Positions 59,009 to 64,000 of a stretch of DNA of 64,000 nucleotides are shown here, piece by piece. Origin of the DNA: Prorocentrum cordatum (taxonomy: Eukaryota); contig CAUYUJ010000314.1 of the NCBI GenBank assembly GCA_963575745.1, positions 434,001-498,000 of the forward strand, in the 5' to 3' direction. The notes under the pieces are model-generated. The model made no database searches, was not told where the DNA came from, and worked only from the letters and a program-made list of their open reading frames with translations. A program made the position numbers and the translations under genes. How positions within the stretch are numbered: the stretch's first letter is position 1; each line of letters begins with the position of its first letter.

Positions 59009-61720
59009 GGAGGAGGAGGAGGAGGAGGAGGAGGAGGAGGAGGAGGGGGAGAGGAGGAGGAGGAGGAGAGGAGGAGGAGGAGGAGGAGGAGAGGAGGAGG
59101 AGGAGGAGGAGGAGGAGGAGGAGGAGGAGGAGGAGGAGGAGAAGGAGGAGGAGGAGGAGGAGCAGGAGCAGGGGGCATCTTGGGAGCCTATGGGGGCACT
59201 CTTGGAGCCTCCTGGGAGCTTCCTGGGAGCCTCTTGAAGGCATCGTGGGGGCCTCCTTGAGCCTCTTGGGGGCCTTTCGGGGCTTCTTGGAGGCTTCTTT
59301 GCCCGTCTTAGGGCGTTCCTGGCCCTTCTGACGCCGTCGAACGCCGTCTTGAGGGCCTCTCTGGGCCGACTTGGGTCCCTCTTGGGGTGCTCCAGGGCTG
59401 TCTTGGAGGCCATCTCGGGCGTCTTGGAGGCCTCTTGGGCCGTCTTGGGGCCCTCTTAGGGCCGTCTTGGGGGCTTCTTGGGCCGTTCTGGGGCCATCTT
59501 GGAGGCTGTTAGGGCGATCTTTGGGGCCTCTTGGGCCGTCAGAAGGCCGAACAGAAACAAATGCTAGAATCCTTCAAGAACCCGGGAAATCAATGATTTG
59601 GGCCTCTTCGGGCGTTCCTGGAGGCCCTCTTGGGGCCCTCTTGGGGGCCTCTTGGGCCGTCTTGGACCAGCTTGATTGCCATCTTGGGCCGTCTTGGGTG
59701 CATCTTGGGCCGTCTTGAGTGCATCTTGGGGTCATCTTGGGCGATCTTGGGGCCGTCTTGGCAGTCTTGGAGGCGTCTTGGGGGCCAGCTTGGGCCATCT
59801 TGGACCATCTTGGCCGTCTTAGGGGCGATCTGGGCAACGGGAGATGAAACTTGGGAACCTTTCCGGGTGGCCGGCGCAACGGGCCGAAGCCTCAGGGAGA
59901 GCGCTTTGAGAAAAGCCAGAACCAAGCCGGGGATAGGATTTAGCACGCCAAGCTCCCATGTGGCAAGCCAATGGTGGGCGGCGGATCGAAGACGCCTACG
60001 GCGAATCACCGCCGCCCCCTGCCTTTTGGAAGCGCCTGCGTGGCCGAAAGCTGGGTTTGAGCTTGGCCAAGCTATCGGGCCACGCGTTCCCCGAGTGGGT
60101 TTCGAAAGGCTTCGGGGAACACGGAGTCGGGCGAGCTATCGGACCAGGTGGTTTCCGAGCTTTCGGGCCTCCTGGAGGACGTCTTGGAGGGGGTCCTGGG
60201 CCGTCTTGGAGGCCTCTGGCGGGCCTTTTGGACAGTCTAAGGCCGTCTTCAGGCCAGATGGGGCCGTCGTGGGTGCACCTTGGTGCCATCTTCGCCTTCT
60301 TGGCGGCCTTCTTGGCCGTCTTGGAGGCATCTTCGAGGCCATCTTGGCCGGCTTGGAGGCCATCTTGGGCGTCTTGGGGGCCTCTTGGCCTGTCATGTGG
60401 CCATCTTGGAGGCCTCTTGGGCGCTCTTGGGGCAATGTTGGGGGCCTCTTGGCCCGTCACAGGGCCATCTTGGATGCCTCTTGGGCACTCTGGGGGCGAT
60501 CTTTAGGGCCTCTTGGGCCGTCGCGGGCCGTCGGAAGGCTGGAAAATGGCAAAAAATTGAATCCTTCAAAAACCTAGGGAACACCAATGATTTTGGCCTC
60601 TTCGGGCTCTCGTGGAGGACCTCTTGGAGGCCTCTTGGAGCGTCTTGGAGGCGTCTTGGAGGCCTCTGGGGCCGTCTTGGGCCGTCTTAGAGGTGTCTTG
60701 TGCGAACTTAGAGACATCTTGGACTCTCTTGGGCCGTCTTGGAGGCCATCTTGGACTATCTTGGGCTAATTTGGAGGCCATCTTGGCCATCTTGGACGCC
60801 ATCTTGGAGCCATCTTGAGCAGGAAAAACCTTTGCAACCAGATTTTGGGCAGTCTTTGGGGCCCTCCCGGGACCCCGGCGGGACGTGCCGAGGCCCCAGG
60901 GAGTTCTCTAAAAGAGCCCAAATCGGCAGGAAGCAGCACGCTGGGCACCCCTGTGGCACGCCAACACTTTTGATCTGCGGGGCGAGAGCGAACCTCTTCC
61001 GCTAAAAGCTAGGCGGGCTACGCACAGCTTTAATTAGGGAGACAGGGCACAGGAAGGCGGGGCCTCAGGCGGCCGGAGAGGGCGGGGCCCGGGGAACAGG
61101 CGGTGCCGAAGTGGAAGTGCCTGTGGCACGCCAACAGGGGGCGGCGGATTTGGTGGCCTTCGGCCCCTCCCGTCACCGTGCCTGTGTTGTGGGTCCGAGG
61201 CTTTTTGGCGGTTCGCTGGGGTGTCGTTGGGAGTTTCTCGGGGGGCTCTTGGAGGCAGTTGTGAAGCCTCCCGGGGGGTCTTTGGGGGGCCTCTTGCAGG
61301 CCTCCTGGGAGCCTCTTGTAGGCCTCTCGGGGGCCTTTTGGGAGCCCCCTGGGGTCTCTTGGGGGCCCCGTTGGGCCTCTTGGGGGCCTCTTGGGGCGGA
61401 AGGCTCGAATCGTCGGTTCATGTTCCCCTCTTGGGCACTTTTTGGGCCATTTCCTGGCCCTCTTGGGCCGACTTGGAGCCTTTTTGGGGGCCTCTTGGGT
61501 TGCCTTGGGGCGGTCTTGGGGGCCTCTTGGACCGTCTTGGAGCGTCGGAAGTTCGGAATGGCGAGATCTCCCAAAGCATCAAACAACCCAATGGAAATCA
61601 CTGGCTTGTACCTCCGGGGGCCTTCTTGGAGGTCCTCTTCGAGCGCTCCTGGGAGCTCTTGGGTGCCTCTTTGTCCGTCTTGTGGCCCATCTCGGGCGTG
61701 TGGGAGCTCTCTTGGGCCAT
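50070..61720. repeat. GGGCCGTCTTGGAGGCC-type satellite with ~1-1.5-kb higher-order units; inverted block at ~55110-57300
   Basis: The short unit is pervasive. A conserved unique core recurs at ~50240, 51710, 52895, 53850, 54905 (partial), 59945 and 61120 (partial). Confidence 0.9.
55992..56280 (+). repeat. ~43-bp tandem array CAAGGCTCCCAAGAGNGAGCGGTGACGYAAC(N~12); second array at ~57310-57560
   Basis: About 7 and 6 degenerate units respectively. Confidence 0.85.
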
Positions 61721-62449
61721 CTTGACGGCCGCGGCGGCGCTGCCGCCCTCCCCTCTTGCCCCCTTCCCCGGCCAAATCGCCTCCGTACCCGTCCTGTGGC
61801 GCGGGAGCGGCCCAGGAAGTGGAAGACCCCTCGCTCCCTCCCATCCTGGCAGAGCCCCCCCAGCCCCCCCCCCAGCAGAGCTGAAGCTCAGGCTGTAGTT
61901 TTTTCAAACTCACACCCCTGAACGGCAGACATGGTGCCCCCCTTGGTGCTCGATGTTCTGTGCCTCTTTTTCATATCAGTATCGCACACACTCTCTGTCT
62001 CTCTCTCTCTCTCTCTCCCTCCCCTTCCTCTCCCTCTCCCTCTCTCTCTCTCTCTCTCTTTCTCTTTCTGGCATCCCTGGTTCCCATAGATCTTCTTGGC
62101 GCAGGTGCTGGTCACGTCGTACGGATGGATTATTGCCGTGGCTCTCTCTCTCTCTCTCTCACGGGGAGGACCCCGACGCACCCAGGAAAGTCCGATGCGC
62201 CCACCCAGCGCGACCACGACTAGCTACCAGCCGGGTGCCAGGAGAAATCCCGACGCCCACCCACTGCACGGGGCGCCAACGAGGCGCCCACGACCAGCCA
62301 CCACCAACTGGGCACCCGGCGACACCACGGCACGCCCACCCCAACGTACGGGGCGCCCACGAGGCGCCCGCGACCGGCCATCAACCAGCCACCAACTGGC
62401 CACCAGGCGAAACCGTGTTACATCTCCGTCAACCCGAAGCAGGAGCCCC

Positions 62450-62616
62450 TACAGTGCCGTTTTTAATACATGCTCCGCGTGCGGATCATGTATTAAAAAT
62501 GCAGGGATTTAGTATTAACAGCAACGATGAGTTCATGCATACATTTATTCATACATTAACCATGTATGAAACATCCTATATGTTCAAGAATCCTATGTAT
62601 TAAAAGCTACCCTGTC
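62450..62616. mobile_element. MITE family D, copy 3
   Basis: tacagtgccgtttttaatac...gtattaaaagctaccctgtc. Confidence 0.75.
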
Positions 62617-62999
62617 AGTGCAAGCACCGTGTGGAGAGAAGCCCAGCACTGGAGGAGCATTTTGGGCCGCTTGGGGCGTCTTGGGGGCCTCTTGGAGCAG
62701 CTTGCGCGCCTCTCGGGGAGAGCCCTCGAGGCCTCGCGGGGGAGCTCCTGGGGGGCACGCGCGGAGGCAGTGGGGCGATCTCTGGGCGAAGGGCTCCGAA
62801 CGCCCCCTCTCGATGCGTCCTGCCCCTGCGGGGCGCGCTCTGGGGTTCCCCTCGGGGCCTCCTGGCCGTCCTGGGTGCCTCCTGGACCGTCTTTGGGCCC
62901 CCTGGGGCCGGCAACACCAGATCTCACCGTCTCGCTTCGCTTCACCTCAGAAATCTGGATCGCATGGCGCTAGAGCGGCCCGCCGCGACAGGTACACGC

Positions 63000-64000
63000 C
63001 AGCACCGCGATGCGCTTCCTCTCCAGGGTCCATGGGTCACGCGAGGCTGACAGGACCCATGGGCTCTGCAGGGTCAGCGGGCTCAGAGGCCTCTCCGCCG
63101 CCATTTGGTCTCAGAGGCTCGGAGCCTCAAATGGGAAGAGGGGTAATTCAGCCAGCGCGGCTCATGGGGATCATGAGGCTCCGACGGCCCGCAGGTGTGA
63201 TTGAGTGCATAGGGTTCCTCGGGCCGATGAGCTCATGAGGGTTCTGGGGCTCGCAGGGGCCTTGGCCAAACAGAAGTCACGGGCTCTCGGGCCCCATAGC
63301 GGGCGGGCTCATCGAGCTTCTGAGGTTCATGGGGTTCATAGAGGTCACTGTGTCCAACGTGTCCATAAGGCTCATAGGTTTCATAGCGGGTGTTGGGGGT
63401 CATGGGGCTCATATGGCCCATGGGGCTCATACGGCTCATAGGGCTGCGGAGGCTCCTTGGGGTCATGCGGCTCGTGGGGCCCGTGGGGCTGACAGAGCTC
63501 AAATGGCTCGCAGGGCTTATGAGGCTCACAGGCGACATGGGGCTCAGAGGACCCATAAAGCTCATAGGGTTCATAGGGCCTATCGGGGTCATGCAGCTCG
63601 CACGGCTCATAGGGGTCATAGGGCTTATGGGGTTCGGAGGGCGCATCGGGCTCATCGGGGCCACAGGGCTCATGGGGCTCATAGTGGCCACGAGGGCTCA
63701 TGGGGGCCATCGGTCTCGCGGCACTGAGGGCGTCGATGTGCTCGCAGGGCTCGGCGGGCCCGTCAAGCTCATGTAGGCTGATGGTGCCGCGTCCACCAGA
63801 CGCTCGGGAGCAAGGTCGCTAGTGAGCTCCTAGGGGAGTTGTCTGGGGGGCCCCTTGGAGGGCACACTTGACTCAGTGGTCTCGTAGGGTTCGTAGGGGA
63901 GATAGGGCTCGGAGGGGTCGAAGGCTCATGAGTTCATTCGGATCATGGCGCTCGTAGTGGTTGGAAGGCGCATGAGATCGTGAGGAGTATAGGGTCACAG
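63000..64000 (-). repeat. GGGCTCAT (~9-bp) degenerate satellite
   Basis: gggctcatagg/gggttcat units; reverse-complement relative of 43230-46400. Confidence 0.8.

Noticed and set aside
198..64000. Hundreds of ORFs with poly-E/R/G/P/S/M/D/H tracts or repeated peptides (e.g. 23394..24959, 28453..29505, 40062..41330, 50039-61921)
   Set aside because: They are translations of microsatellites and GC-rich satellites, open in several frames and on both strands.

Overview
Repeat-dominated, GC-rich eukaryotic DNA that is almost certainly dinoflagellate nuclear. An exact 22-nt dinoflagellate spliced leader (DinoSL) plus a tandem relict sits at 31036-31072 (-), and a GC-AG intron can be spliced in frame. 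No host housekeeping gene, rRNA, tRNA or CRISPR array is recognisable, and most ORF-track entries are microsatellite or satellite artefacts. Two structured elements stand out. (1) A ~10 kb DNA transposon (~6270-16385) has ~0.9 kb palindrome-rich terminal inverted repeats and three co-oriented genes: an intact CACTA/Mirage/Chapaev (CMC)-like DDE transposase, a spliced lysine-rich helical protein, and a frameshifted, spliced gene ending in an MBD-like (methyl-CpG-binding) motif. Degenerate DinoSL-like sequences lie upstream of two of these genes. Both TIRs contain the same 346-bp foldback flanked by an 8-bp direct repeat. (2) A 1.57 kb retroposon (29504-31074, -) starts with SL plus relict SL, encodes a 404-aa ORF with no RT, ends in a (CTTTAA)n tail rather than poly(A), and is flanked by a 15-bp target-site duplication inside a 20-bp satellite. 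The remainder is at least four MITE families, decayed LINE (RNase H, zinc-binding) and Helitron-type PIF1 helicase fragments, satellites with higher-order structure, and long GAG/GAT/CTTT/TA microsatellites. All family assignments come from motif recognition by eye; no searches were run.
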